Source: Euryarchaeota archaeon UBA171 (GTDB lineage Archaea; Thermoplasmatota; Poseidoniia; Poseidoniales; Thalassarchaeaceae). From it: a stretch of DNA of 64,000 bases. The notes under the pieces are model-generated. The model searched no databases and was not told the origin of the DNA. It saw only the letters and a program-made list of their open reading frames with translations. The translations under genes and the position numbers were made by a program. Shown here piece after piece: positions 8,523 to 18,757 of this stretch. Within the stretch, counting starts at the first letter, position 1. Each line of letters opens with the position of its first letter. The stretch spans positions 11,909 to 75,908 of the forward strand of contig DANO01000018.1 of NCBI GenBank assembly GCA_002497295.1. The letters run 5' to 3'.

Positions 8523-10880
8523 ATGAAGCGCATCTCGACAATCGCTGTGATACTCGCTCTTCTGATGCAAGGATGCCTCGCATCGGTGAATCCGGATGAT
8601 GAAATATGGCCTCCTGATGGCGATTATCCTAGACTCGAACTATCAGAAAAATCCAGATCCAATGCTGTGCTGCAAAATTTCAATGACTGCGACTCATTGC
8701 TGCAGACGCTCCAACAGAATCTCCTCGATGAGATGGCAGTCCGACTCGACCAGGAATCTTACTGGCACTGGTCTAATCCAATACTACGTGATTTCGGAGG
8801 AGTCTGGTTCGACGATGCTATGGCGGAAGGAACGGACACCGCTCTAGACAGCAGCACTGAATCATCTCCTTCGAGGGAAGGCGAGTATTCAGGAACCAAT
8901 AACCAAGAATCTGGTGTAGATGAGGCGGATTTCCTGAAGACAGATGGTTTCCATACATACATGCTCAATGGCCCATTGTTGTTGATCATGGAAATACCCG
9001 AATTCGGCCAGATTAGCCTCCTAAGTACGATGGAGCTTGAAGGAAATCCGATGTCGATGATGATTGAGGGAGATACCATGGTGGTCGCTTCCTCCGTGTA
9101 CGGGTGGCAGCTTGAAGATGATCATCCCTTGACACAAATCCTCGCCAGGGAATACACATATCCAAATTCTGATTATGTCTACAAACATTATCGATCTGAT
9201 TTGGTAAAATACTCTATCATCGACATAAGTGATAGGAATACTCCCTCCATCCAGCATGAGATATACCTCGAAGGGTACTACAATACTGCTCGCTTGGTGG
9301 ACGGTACCGTACGAAGCATTACCCATGCACAGATGGATGTCTGGGGCCTGGAGTATTATGTAGCCCTTCCAGACGAATATTGGTCGATTGAAGATATGTA
9401 TGAGCGAATGGATGTCTGGAATTCTTCGCTTTTGCAGACATTATCCGATAATCGTGACAGGATTCTGGCGCTTACACTCGATGACCTTCTCCCTCAAAGG
9501 TATGTGGTGGATGGAGACAATGTGGTCATTTTACCATATTCTGTCAGTGAATGCAGCGAGTATGCAGCATCTTCAGATAGCGTAGCTAGAGGATTCTTGT
9601 CGATTGCAACCTTCGACATATCAAATGATTATGTATCCATGGAGGTCGATCATATAGCATCATCATGGGCCCACGTGTACGCCTCACCTGATGCGTTGGT
9701 TTTCGCTGAACCTGCAAATGACTGGTGGTGGTTTTGGGGTAATGATGAATATGAGGATGCAACTAATATCCATGTATTCGATATCTCCCAACCAGGAACA
9801 ACATCCTATGTTGCGTCTGGCAGAGTATCTGGAACCGTCCAAGATCAGTTTTCAATATCCGAGTTTCAGGGAGTCATACGAGTCGCCTCAACTACCGATG
9901 CTTGGGGGCGTTGGTGGATATCGGATTCTATGAATTCGGAAACCGACGAACCTGTATTCACTGGCCCATCCAACAGAGTCACTATGCTAGAACCAACTTC
10001 ATCTGGCGATTTAGATCAGATTGGCATAATCGAGGGAATAGCTGATGGGGAGAGGATATGGAGTGCTCGATTCATGGGGGAAAGAGCATATCTCGTCACG
10101 TTTGAAACCATAGACCCTCTTTGGGTTCTAGACCTGTCTGATCCTGTCAACCCCACCATACTGGGTGAGTTGGAGGTTCCCGGAGTCTCAACATACATCC
10201 ATCCTGTTGATGAGAATACCCTCCTGACTATCGGAATTGGACCGGGTGATGACGGTCTTGGACTCGATTGGTCTATGACTCAGATATCGCTCTTCGACGT
10301 CAGCGATCCGACGAATCCCACATTAGCCGACTCTCTGCCGATATCACCAGTTCACGCGGATGATGACTGCCAAAATATCCGTACCTGCGGATGGTCATGG
10401 TCCTGGTCGGAAGCAACATACGAACACAAGGCATTCACATATTGGGCGCCAGAAAATATGCTTGCAATACCCCTGTCCACTTATCGATACGTGTACGATG
10501 AAAACTACTATCAAGGTGGTTATGAACACATCTCGATGCTAAAACTGATTGATGTAGATACGGAAAATCTGAGCTTATCAGAACACGGCGAAATAGACCA
10601 CTCATCGTTCTACAACGACGACGATGGACCCAATTGGTGGTTCTATAGCACCAGTATCCGCCGGTCCATATTCATGGGAGACTACATCTATGCATTCTCT
10701 ACTCTGGGTGTAACAATCCATAATACCACTGACCTGACTCATATGCAAGATATGCTAATCCCAGGATCGCATTATGTGGAAGATGTAGGGGAAGCAGAGT
10801 CTGAACAGGAGTCAAACGAGTCATCGGGAGAAGATGAACCATGTCCAGATGGCTCTGAAGGAGATTCCTGCCAAGACTAG
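8523..10880 (+). CDS. Secreted beta-propeller domain protein (COG4880 / Beta_propel-like), probable lipoprotein
   Basis: Signal peptide with lipobox-like MKRISTIAVILALLMQGC. The region SGTNNQESGVDEADFLKTDGFHTYML and the later WSARFMGERAYLVTFETIDPLWVLDLSDPVNP match the conserved pattern of the beta-propeller family as I recall it. Acidic Cys-containing C-terminal tail. The ORF track starts at GTG 8505, but ATG 8523 is preferred (signal peptide begins there, symmetric promoter spacing). Confidence 0.7.
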   Translation: MKRISTIAVILALLMQGCLASVNPDDEIWPPDGDYPRLELSEKSRSNAVLQNFNDCDSLLQTLQQNLLDEMAVRLDQESYWHWSNPILRDFGGVWFDDAMAEGTDTALDSSTESSPSREGEYSGTNNQESGVDEADFLKTDGFHTYMLNGPLLLIMEIPEFGQISLLSTMELEGNPMSMMIEGDTMVVASSVYGWQLEDDHPLTQILAREYTYPNSDYVYKHYRSDLVKYSIIDISDRNTPSIQHEIYLEGYYNTARLVDGTVRSITHAQMDVWGLEYYVALPDEYWSIEDMYERMDVWNSSLLQTLSDNRDRILALTLDDLLPQRYVVDGDNVVILPYSVSECSEYAASSDSVARGFLSIATFDISNDYVSMEVDHIASSWAHVYASPDALVFAEPANDWWWFWGNDEYEDATNIHVFDISQPGTTSYVASGRVSGTVQDQFSISEFQGVIRVASTTDAWGRWWISDSMNSETDEPVFTGPSNRVTMLEPTSSGDLDQIGIIEGIADGERIWSARFMGERAYLVTFETIDPLWVLDLSDPVNPTILGELEVPGVSTYIHPVDENTLLTIGIGPGDDGLGLDWSMTQISLFDVSDPTNPTLADSLPISPVHADDDCQNIRTCGWSWSWSEATYEHKAFTYWAPENMLAIPLSTYRYVYDENYYQGGYEHISMLKLIDVDTENLSLSEHGEIDHSSFYNDDDGPNWWFYSTSIRRSIFMGDYIYAFSTLGVTIHNTTDLTHMQDMLIPGSHYVEDVGEAESEQESNESSGEDEPCPDGSEGDSCQD

Positions 10881-12253
10881 AATTGGTTGAATTTCAATAC
10901 CCTTCCAGTAGAACCGGGTTCAGCCACAGATATTCCTTTTAGAGATCCCCCGACCTCTCGTCTGTGAACTATTTCTCCATCTACGATGGTGTATATTGGC
11001 CACCCCGTTAGCTCTCTTCCCGCATAGGGCGTCCATCCTACCTTTGTCCATGTGTCTTCATCAGAGATAATCCGGTGCGTATCTAGATCAACCAGTGTCA
11101 AATCAGCATCATATCCTTCTATTATCGATCCTTTCTTCTCGATTCCGTAGACTTTTGCTGGCCCTTCACACATCCAATTCACTACGTCTGTGACACTACA
11201 TTTCCCACCTACTGCGTGAGTAAGCATCACGGGAAGCGATGTTTCAACCCCCGGCATTCCAGCCGGAGCTTTGGGGAAACCAGCCGATTTGGCTTCCAAT
11301 GTATGCGGGGCATGGTCTGTCACAATACAATCTATGGTGCCGTCTTTGAGGCGCTTCCATAGGGTCTCCTTATCCTCTGTATACCTGATTGGAGGATTCA
11401 TCAGGGCTCTGACGCCTAGTTTTTCAACATCATTTTGGTCAAAGGTTAGGTGCTGGGTACAAACTTCGGTTGTGATTAAATCACCTTTATTTCCTACTAA
11501 CCAATCTGCTTCTCTGGCGCTGGTAAGATGCACGATATGTAGTCGATGGTCATAATCGCGCGCCAGACCAGACGCGCGCTTCGTCGCTAGGAAAGCACAT
11601 TCCACATCTCGACATTCGGCATGAGCCGCAATATCCGTGCGATGTGCGTACTCACTTATTCGAGTTTGGAGACGAGATTCATCTTCCGCATGGGTTGCAA
11701 TGACTCCTCCCGTATTTGAGAAGATATTTTCCAGATGCCTTTGCTCATGGACAAGCAGATCTCCTGTGCTGCTCCCCATGAAAACCTTAATTCCACAAAC
11801 GCCATCCATCCCTTCTACGCTCTGCAAATCACTCACATTGTCCTTGGTCGCACCGACAAAGAAACCATGGTGAGTCACAGTTTTCTTCGCTGCTAGGGCA
11901 ATCTTTGCCTCGAGAGTTTCCCGATTAGTGGCATTGGGTATGTTATTTGGCATATCCAAGAATGAAGTTACACCACCGGCAGCAGCAGCGCGACTCCCAC
12001 TTCGAAGATCTTCTTTTTCAGGTTGACCAGGCTCCCGGAAGTGCACATGTGGATCAATAACGCCCGGAAGTAGATGTAATCCCGTGGCATCGATAGTATA
12101 CTCGCCATCTTGCGGTTCTAAACCTCCGCCAGGCGCAATAGTGGCGATTGAACCATTAGTAACTCGAAGGTCTCCCCTTGTCACTCGATCAGGCAAAACT
12201 AACGAGGCATTTTGAATCAGCATATGGCGGGTCATGTGTGGTTCCAATGTCAC
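10877..12253 (-). CDS. pyrC: Dihydroorotase
   Basis: Amidohydrolase metal-binding motif LPGVIDPHVHFREPGQPEKEDLRSGSRAAAAGGVTSFLDMPN, later HAED, and VTDHAPH. The true start may be the internal MLIQNASLVLPD (about 12223). Confidence 0.85.
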   Translation of the reverse strand: MTLEPHMTRHMLIQNASLVLPDRVTRGDLRVTNGSIATIAPGGGLEPQDGEYTIDATGLHLLPGVIDPHVHFREPGQPEKEDLRSGSRAAAAGGVTSFLDMPNNIPNATNRETLEAKIALAAKKTVTHHGFFVGATKDNVSDLQSVEGMDGVCGIKVFMGSSTGDLLVHEQRHLENIFSNTGGVIATHAEDESRLQTRISEYAHRTDIAAHAECRDVECAFLATKRASGLARDYDHRLHIVHLTSAREADWLVGNKGDLITTEVCTQHLTFDQNDVEKLGVRALMNPPIRYTEDKETLWKRLKDGTIDCIVTDHAPHTLEAKSAGFPKAPAGMPGVETSLPVMLTHAVGGKCSVTDVVNWMCEGPAKVYGIEKKGSIIEGYDADLTLVDLDTHRIISDEDTWTKVGWTPYAGRELTGWPIYTIVDGEIVHRREVGGSLKGISVAEPGSTGRVLKFNQF

Positions 12254-12345
12254 CGTAATGCAGCCATCACAATACTGTTTTCATTATGGGAATAACATAC
12301 TATCTCCCCGCTCGCTTCAAATAAGCGATAGTACGGCGGACAAGC

Positions 12346-12423
12346 AGCGGGTTGGAGTAGTCAGGTTATCTCGTCGGGCTCATAACCCGGAGACCGGTGG
12401 TTCAAATCCACCATCCGCTACCA
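12346..12423 (+). tRNA. tRNA-Met (anticodon CAT), initiator-type features, CCA encoded
   Basis: Cloverleaf folded by hand: acceptor AGCGGGT/ATCCGCT (A1:U72), anticodon stem TCGGG/CCCGG with three consecutive G:C pairs next to loop CTCATAA, T arm GGTGG-TTCAAAT-CCACC, discriminator A, then CCA. A1:U72 plus GGG:CCC are archaeal initiator hallmarks. tRNA-Ile2 (modified CAU) cannot be fully excluded. Confidence 0.9.
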
Positions 12424-12557
12424 CATCCATTTCAAAGTGAACGTGAGTTGAAAGTGAATATTCGATAGACTCAGAGCCATCTTCATGTTGATAAATAGAA
12501 TTCTAGTAAACAAGGGTCAATGCGTGTTTCATATACCCTGGTTGCTGAGAGGAGGAT

Positions 12558-13559
12558 ATGGCATCAAAGAAGACCACACAAAAAATCGAAGATGAAGAGA
12601 TAGTAATCGATGCTGAAGATGAAGAACCAGGCATCGAAGATTTGCCAGGCGTAGGACCAGCAACTGCAGAGAAACTCAGAGAAGCAGGATTCGACGAACT
12701 CATGACTATTGCAGTCATGAGTCCAAAAGAACTTGGCGATCAAGCAGAATTAGGCGAAGCTGTTGCATCCAAAATAATTGCAGGCGCTAAGAAGATGGTA
12801 AATGTCGGTGGATTCGTAAGCGGGGTCTCTCTTCTCGAACGCCGTTCTCAGGTCCAAAAATTGACGTCCGGAGCCGCCGCTCTCGATGAACTCCTCGGAG
12901 GTGGTTTCGAGACCCAAGCGATTGTCGAGGTCTTCGGAGAGTTTGGCAGTGGAAAGACGCAGATAGGGCATCAACTCGCAGTCAATACGATCTTGCCAAT
13001 TGCCCAAGGAGGATTTGATGGAGAAGTATTCTACATAGACACAGAAGACACATTCAGGCCTGAAAGAATTGCTCAGATGGCGGAAGGGGCGGGACTAGAT
13101 CCTAATGCTGTATTGGACAGAATACATGTTGCAAGAGCATACAACTCTGCTCATCAGATGCTACTCGTAGACGAGATAAAGAGAATGTCAAAAAGCATCG
13201 ATGTTAAGATGGTCATTGTCGATTCACTGACCAGCCATTTCCGAGCTGAGTATGTCGGGAGAGGCATGCTCGCAGACAGACAACAGAAATTGAACAAGCA
13301 TCTCAAAGAACTCAAGCAACTTTCCGATGTGAACAACGCTCTCGTACTTGTCACAAATCAGGTGATGTCGAATCCAGGGACAATGTGGGGAGATCCAACT
13401 AAGGCGATTGGCGGACATATTGTGGGCCACGCAAGCACATTCAGGCTTTACTTGCGTAAGTCAAAGGGCGGCAGAAGAATAGCCAGACTAATTGATAGCC
13501 CAAATCTTCCAGAGGGCGAAGCTGTATTTACAGTCACAGCAGAAGGAATCAGAGAGTAA
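12558..13559 (+). CDS. radA: DNA repair and recombination protein RadA
   Basis: N-terminal HhH domain ([17 protein letters not shown]), Walker [10 protein letters not shown], Walker B-like [20 protein letters not shown]; 333 aa. GGAGG lies just upstream of the ATG. Confidence 0.95.
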   Translation: MASKKTTQKIEDEEIVIDAEDEEPGIEDLPGVGPATAEKLREAGFDELMTIAVMSPKELGDQAELGEAVASKIIAGAKKMVNVGGFVSGVSLLERRSQVQKLTSGAAALDELLGGGFETQAIVEVFGEFGSGKTQIGHQLAVNTILPIAQGGFDGEVFYIDTEDTFRPERIAQMAEGAGLDPNAVLDRIHVARAYNSAHQMLLVDEIKRMSKSIDVKMVIVDSLTSHFRAEYVGRGMLADRQQKLNKHLKELKQLSDVNNALVLVTNQVMSNPGTMWGDPTKAIGGHIVGHASTFRLYLRKSKGGRRIARLIDSPNLPEGEAVFTVTAEGIRE

Positions 13560-13563
13560 TCGG

Positions 13564-15273
13564 TCAAACAGAAAGTTCAGAGAGCGATTTTCTGACCGAA
13601 CTTACGAGATTCCCAATATGCCCCTCATCGAAACTCAAATCGATGTCTGCTGATTCAAAAAGATGAGGAAGCGTACGCGTATTTCCAAGTTTCATAGCGT
13701 TCGCATAATCATTCAGAGCCTTCTCCGGATCATTAAGCTGAGTCATCCATATTTGCAAAGCCCCAAGTTGAGCTATCCCGTATTCGATGTAGTAGAAAGG
13801 CGCCCCAAATAAGTGCCCTTGAGTCTGCCAAAAGAGTGCCTCATCTTCTTCGAATCCATTCCAGTTTGTCCTAGGCCCATATTTCCCCCTAAGGTCAAGC
13901 CATGCTTTCGAGCGTTCCTCGCGTGTATGGTTTGGATTTGAGTACATCCAGTGTTGAAATGCATCAATTCTACATATCCATGCGAGAAGGCCGATAATGG
14001 CCTCAAGATGCATCTTCCTCGCACGATCTGTTGTTTCTTTCGAGTCATAGAACTCACTCCAGTAGGGTTGAGTAAGAAGTTCCATTGACATCGAAGCAAC
14101 CTCTGCAAATTCAATTGGATAGTTACGATCCTGTATGAGGTCATGATGACTACAATACATCGTATGGAAAGCATGTCCAGCTTCATGAATCATGGTCTCT
14201 ACATCCCCCTGCTGACCGGATGCATTCATGAAAATGAAGGGGAGCCCGGTTTTTTCCAAATTATACTGGTATCCCCCGGGGGCCTTTCCCTTCCTGCTGT
14301 CGAGATCCAGAACTTCACCCTCAATCAGTCGATTGAACATTTCACCCAATTCAGGAGATAGCGAATGGAAGACCTTCAAAGTGATTGATACCAAATCATC
14401 CACTTCTTCGAAAGGCTGTAGAGGGGGCCGTCCAAAAATATCGGGAGAATCTCCTGACTTCTCATTAACGTCCCAGGGCTTCAACTCATCGTACTCGAAA
14501 CCATTTCGACGTTCCTCATTTATGCTGTGAATCAAAGGCATACAATGAATCTCTACAGCCTCATGAAACGCCAGACAATCTTTCGGAGTATAATCAAATC
14601 TCTCCATGGAACGGAATGCATAGTCAACATAGTTTTCAAATCCTGAATTAATGGCTATTTTGTGCCTTATTCGAACTAATTCGTCCATGATTTCAGATAT
14701 TCTTTCCGAATCGATCATTCTTCTCTCTCTGATTTTCGTCCATGCCAAACGTCGAATATCGCGATCATTCGATTCCAAGAATTTTCTCATCTGAGGCATA
14801 GTACGCTCCACACCATCGAATTCTACAGTCATCGCACCAGTAATCTTCTGATATTCCGTAGACAGCCTCGTACATTCTACGGATAGGGGGATATTCTCCT
14901 CCCTGAATATTTCAATCGAGTTCTGCATACTTCTTAGAATCAGATCATAACGTTCTGGAAGGCTCCCCAGGAAGTCAAGGCTTGCTATTTTCAAATCGAT
15001 CTTGTTGGAAACCTCTGACATTTTTGGACGTACATTTTCTACGAATGACATGAAAGCAGATTGCTTCTCTTCGTTTTCAGTATCACAAGTCATCCCGATG
15101 TACAATTTTGCACCGGCTTCCGAGACATGCTCCGCCATATCGGATATATCTTTGAAAAGAGACTCCAAATCATCTGCATCCTCAACCGGACGCTCTAGAA
15201 GATTCGTCGCCACAGGCTTCAAATCATTCCACGATGTAGCGTTGAAATCATCTGCGAGGGGAAACATCTCCAT
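13564..15273 (-). CDS. pepF: M3B family oligoendopeptidase F
   Basis: Zinc motif HEAGHAFH with downstream EVASM (the third-ligand Glu region). The 569-aa length and overall layout are typical of PepF. Confidence 0.85.
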   Translation of the reverse strand: MEMFPLADDFNATSWNDLKPVATNLLERPVEDADDLESLFKDISDMAEHVSEAGAKLYIGMTCDTENEEKQSAFMSFVENVRPKMSEVSNKIDLKIASLDFLGSLPERYDLILRSMQNSIEIFREENIPLSVECTRLSTEYQKITGAMTVEFDGVERTMPQMRKFLESNDRDIRRLAWTKIRERRMIDSERISEIMDELVRIRHKIAINSGFENYVDYAFRSMERFDYTPKDCLAFHEAVEIHCMPLIHSINEERRNGFEYDELKPWDVNEKSGDSPDIFGRPPLQPFEEVDDLVSITLKVFHSLSPELGEMFNRLIEGEVLDLDSRKGKAPGGYQYNLEKTGLPFIFMNASGQQGDVETMIHEAGHAFHTMYCSHHDLIQDRNYPIEFAEVASMSMELLTQPYWSEFYDSKETTDRARKMHLEAIIGLLAWICRIDAFQHWMYSNPNHTREERSKAWLDLRGKYGPRTNWNGFEEDEALFWQTQGHLFGAPFYYIEYGIAQLGALQIWMTQLNDPEKALNDYANAMKLGNTRTLPHLFESADIDLSFDEGHIGNLVSSVRKSLSELSV

Positions 15274-15276
15274 TCC

Positions 15277-15522
15277 TCAATTACGATGGGAGTAGGGTCC
15301 GATCGGAAGTGGCCCATCCTCTCTAGAATACTTCTGGCGCTTCCATTTCTTGGCCGCTTCTTGAACCGTTTCTCTTATTTTTTCCAAGTCTGGATGTTCT
15401 GGATTCTCTTTTTCAATCCAGCAAGCGGAGCAATAACGCACTCCAGCGTGATCAACATAGTTGCTAGGAGTACAACCGACACCGCATACAGAGCATTTCC
15501 CATAGCCAAGGAATCTGGACAT
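15277..15522 (-). CDS. Small zinc-ribbon protein (hypothetical)
   Basis: 81 aa with CSVCGVGC...CSACW cysteine pairs and a basic C-terminal half. It lies 3 nt upstream of pepF on the same strand. No family recognised. Confidence 0.45.
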   Translation of the reverse strand: MSRFLGYGKCSVCGVGCTPSNYVDHAGVRYCSACWIEKENPEHPDLEKIRETVQEAAKKWKRQKYSREDGPLPIGPYSHRN

Positions 15523-15562
15523 CGTCCCTCCCAGAACAGACTCACCTATCAGATTGACTGAT

Positions 15563-16120
15563 TCAGTTAATCACTGAATTAGAAAGATGGATTATGAATG
15601 CCTCCTCAAGAGATACAAACTCACCTTCATCAACAGAACCCTTAATTTTTCTTAGGCCACTAAGTGTTGGAATCGGACGTTCAGGAATCAATACCCCTCC
15701 TAGATGCCCAATCAATAGATCAGCATCGTCGCTGAGATCGTTGTAGTATTCTCGCGAGATATTCATTTCATACAGTGGCGAACCATTCGACTCTTCAGGA
15801 AGATAGAACAGCCAAGCACGTGAATCCCCCTCGCCTAAACCCGAACGCTTGATTCCTTCAGTGATTTGTCTTGTCCCGCCAACAATTCTCATAAATTCTG
15901 TTTCAGGACTTCTGGCCACACTGTCTCCACGGGATTCCAGCCTTCTAAGTGCAGTCCACGCTGACCAGGCATGATTCTCACTGGCAACGACTCCATCGCC
16001 TATCAAACCCCACCTCTCACTTGCTCTCCATTCATGAAGGGATTCAAGAAGGTCATGAAGGATAACAGGTTCATGGAAGCGGATTCCCCATATTGGGAAC
16101 CATGGAACCATCGCAGTCAT
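15563..16120 (-). CDS. cgi121: KEOPS complex subunit Cgi121-like
   Basis: VVASENHAWSAWTALRRLESRGDSVARSPETEFMRIVGGTRQITEGIKRSGLGEGDSRAWLFYL parallels the conserved Cgi121 core (H..A...A....aks.e.E.l...sG.rQI.eaIk..G). Compared from memory with the Methanocaldococcus protein. Confidence 0.6.
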   Translation of the reverse strand: MTAMVPWFPIWGIRFHEPVILHDLLESLHEWRASERWGLIGDGVVASENHAWSAWTALRRLESRGDSVARSPETEFMRIVGGTRQITEGIKRSGLGEGDSRAWLFYLPEESNGSPLYEMNISREYYNDLSDDADLLIGHLGGVLIPERPIPTLSGLRKIKGSVDEGEFVSLEEAFIIHLSNSVIN

Positions 16121-16145
16121 GACGGTCCCAGAACGTCACTCAAAA

Positions 16146-18704
16146 TCAAGCCTTGCCACTCATTCCTTTAATTTTTGAAGACGCCTCTTTCCTGATATTG
16201 GTGGCCAATTTGACACTCCACCCCTGAAGCGTAGATAGCTTGTTGATATCGGAATCAGTCATTGATGCAACATCGCTAACAGACTCCAGAGACAACTTCT
16301 CAATCATATCTCTAGCCCTTGACCTACCAACTCCACGAATTGAAACCAACTGAATTATGTCAGATCTACACCCATGTCTAATTCTGATTTGCACCTCTCG
16401 AAGAAGTTCAGTCAACGAATCGGCAATTGAACCATTATCCACAATATTCTCAGAAGACTCTGCAAGTATCCTGATTGACGACCTCAATAACCACTCCACA
16501 CCATCTACTCGTGATCTAATATCTCCTGGTTGAACTCCCCACGAGGACTCCAGTTCACCCATCGTTCGTTCCTCTATCCAATCTAATAGCATCGAAGTAG
16601 ATTTAACTCGTTCAAGCTCCTCAGTAACATCAAGTGAAATGAGCCTCTCTCGGTCATGGATGCTAGATCGAATTTCCATGTCCTCAAGCTCACTCCGCTT
16701 TACCCATAGCTTCTGAAAATCGGGAGTTGAAATCGTTAGATGGATGAGTGAGAACGGAGTAATCTGCCCTATATCATCGACACCCGAGAGTATGGCGCCA
16801 GCTCTAGACAGGCCATCAGATATTATCCGGCCTGAAATCGGATTGAGATACAGCCTTGCTACGGTTCTTCCAAGCCCTGTTGCCCGATACGTCATAGACA
16901 GGGATTCAGGTGCCTCTAGCACTGCCCTTTCAACATCACTTGCACGACTGAATCCGAAGACAGCGGGACCCTTTCTCGGACTTATCACACGTCTTTCGAG
17001 TATTTCTCGTTGAATGTTCTCAACTCTTACTAACCCTCCAGCAACCTTTGCCCAATCCGGAAGATCATCTCCCCAGTCTTCTTCCCGCTCCTCTGAGAAA
17101 TCAATCTCAGATATTCTCTCAGTGACTTTAGGATCTTCCCCAGATCTTTCTATCATGCCATTGTCTGCCAACCATACTATTGACCGATCGATCCTCGATT
17201 CCATCTCCTCATTATCCAGGGAATCTGCAAGAAATGTTTGAGCTAGGAATGAGCCCAGTGCGAATCTGTCATTCAGGCCCCCTGTCGCTATCAATGCCAA
17301 GAGATGGGTCAATAGGGCCGGATCCTCCTCGGCGATGGATGAATTAGGATTTGCAAGTTTGGAGACAATCGGCTCAATCCCTCCAAGTAAATATCGATCC
17401 ACGATAAACTGCTCTTCATCCGAATTCTTGGCTAATATCATGCCTTCACCATGAGGATCATAACCGGGCCTACCAGCCCTTCCTAGCATCTGACGGACCT
17501 CGATTGCTCTGATCGGCACTGATCCCCCAGCAGCGGAATTCCATCTCCTATGATCCCTTATCACGACCCTTCTCGAAGGTAGATTCACTCCTTGTGCCAA
17601 GGTCGGAGTGGCAACGAGTGCCGTTAAATTGCCCATTCTGAATGAATCCTCTATGATTCTCCTCTGCCGAGAGGAAAGACCAGCGTGATGAAATCCGATT
17701 CCTCTTGAAACAGATTCAGCCAATGCCTTGCTCATGGTAGTCCCTTCGCTAGCACCAGTAATCGACTTCGAAATACTCTCCCAATTTTCTATTTGAGATC
17801 GTATATTTTCATTCCCTTCTCTTTCGGAAATACGCTTGATGTGTTTAGACAATTCTCGGGCCTCTTTTTGCGCTGAAGCCCTTGAATTTACGAATATGAG
17901 AGTTTGTCCACCAGTCTCCATCGCATCGAGTACCAATGCCCTAAGATTTTGATTGGGGTTGCCAGATATTTCTCTAGGCGAGGGGAGATCCCTCTCAATC
18001 ATCCCATCTATTCTGTGAATCTTCAGATCCAGCCCATTCACAGTACCCGATTGAAGCTCCACAGGACGCCATTCAGATTTTACCAGATCGGCTTTGAGCC
18101 AATTCGCCACTGAATCTGAATTTCCAACCGTAGCTGATAGAGCTATGATCTGACATCCAGGTCTCTCATGCCTTATCCTGGCAATTATGATCTCGAGCGT
18201 AGGGCCCCTGCCAGGATCATCAAGAAGATGGAACTCGTCAATCACGATTGCCTCCGCATTATCTAGAAAATTTGGACGGGTCCGGATTAGAGAATCAAGA
18301 CGCTCGCTAGTACAGACAAGAACATCCCAGTCATGTAGGGAGCCCATCTCTTCTCCTCTATCTCCAAGAGCAAGACTTGCTTTGAGTCCAACTCCTTTGC
18401 ATAGCGCATGTATCTCTTCGTGCTTTTCGCTAGCCAATGCCTTTAGCGGAACCACGTAGATACCTCTCCCGCCATCACTCGAAATTACCTTCTGAAGCAT
18501 GCATATGTGCGCAACCAGAGATTTCCCACTTGCCGTGGGGATAGACAACATCAGATTCTTGCCTGTCAAGCCATGCCTGAGCGCCTCTTCTTGAGGAGGG
18601 TAAAGAGAATCTATTCCGAGCACATTCTCAACCGACTCAGCCAGTCTGGGATCAATGCCGAGAGAGCGAACTCTGGCCTGCGAACCAACTTCCATCATGA
18701 CCAT
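16146..18704 (-). CDS. hel308: Hel308/Ski2-like ATP-dependent DNA helicase
   Basis: Superfamily 2 motifs PTASGKSLVA (I), VIDEFH (II), SAT (III), HHAGL, TPTLAQGVNLP, QMLGRAGRPG (VI). C-terminal HhH-like domain (LVSIRGVGRSRARDMIE). At 852 aa it is longer than the usual ~700-720 aa because of acidic insertions in the winged-helix/ratchet region. Confidence 0.85.
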   Translation of the reverse strand: MVMMEVGSQARVRSLGIDPRLAESVENVLGIDSLYPPQEEALRHGLTGKNLMLSIPTASGKSLVAHICMLQKVISSDGGRGIYVVPLKALASEKHEEIHALCKGVGLKASLALGDRGEEMGSLHDWDVLVCTSERLDSLIRTRPNFLDNAEAIVIDEFHLLDDPGRGPTLEIIIARIRHERPGCQIIALSATVGNSDSVANWLKADLVKSEWRPVELQSGTVNGLDLKIHRIDGMIERDLPSPREISGNPNQNLRALVLDAMETGGQTLIFVNSRASAQKEARELSKHIKRISEREGNENIRSQIENWESISKSITGASEGTTMSKALAESVSRGIGFHHAGLSSRQRRIIEDSFRMGNLTALVATPTLAQGVNLPSRRVVIRDHRRWNSAAGGSVPIRAIEVRQMLGRAGRPGYDPHGEGMILAKNSDEEQFIVDRYLLGGIEPIVSKLANPNSSIAEEDPALLTHLLALIATGGLNDRFALGSFLAQTFLADSLDNEEMESRIDRSIVWLADNGMIERSGEDPKVTERISEIDFSEEREEDWGDDLPDWAKVAGGLVRVENIQREILERRVISPRKGPAVFGFSRASDVERAVLEAPESLSMTYRATGLGRTVARLYLNPISGRIISDGLSRAGAILSGVDDIGQITPFSLIHLTISTPDFQKLWVKRSELEDMEIRSSIHDRERLISLDVTEELERVKSTSMLLDWIEERTMGELESSWGVQPGDIRSRVDGVEWLLRSSIRILAESSENIVDNGSIADSLTELLREVQIRIRHGCRSDIIQLVSIRGVGRSRARDMIEKLSLESVSDVASMTDSDINKLSTLQGWSVKLATNIRKEASSKIKGMSGKA

Positions 18705-18757
18705 GCTTCAAGTCAGGGCGCTAAAGGATGCCGAATGTACGAGACATCTATTTTCAA

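Noticed and set aside
12254-12557. tRNA-Met locus as an integration site for a mobile element or genomic island
   Set aside because: I found no integrase, transposase, or duplicated tRNA 3' half within the window. The flanking genes (pyrC, radA) are core housekeeping genes.
12503-12718. 71-aa minus-strand ORF spanning the radA start
   Set aside because: It overlaps the radA 5' end and promoter region. It is Ser-rich low complexity, whereas radA is certain.
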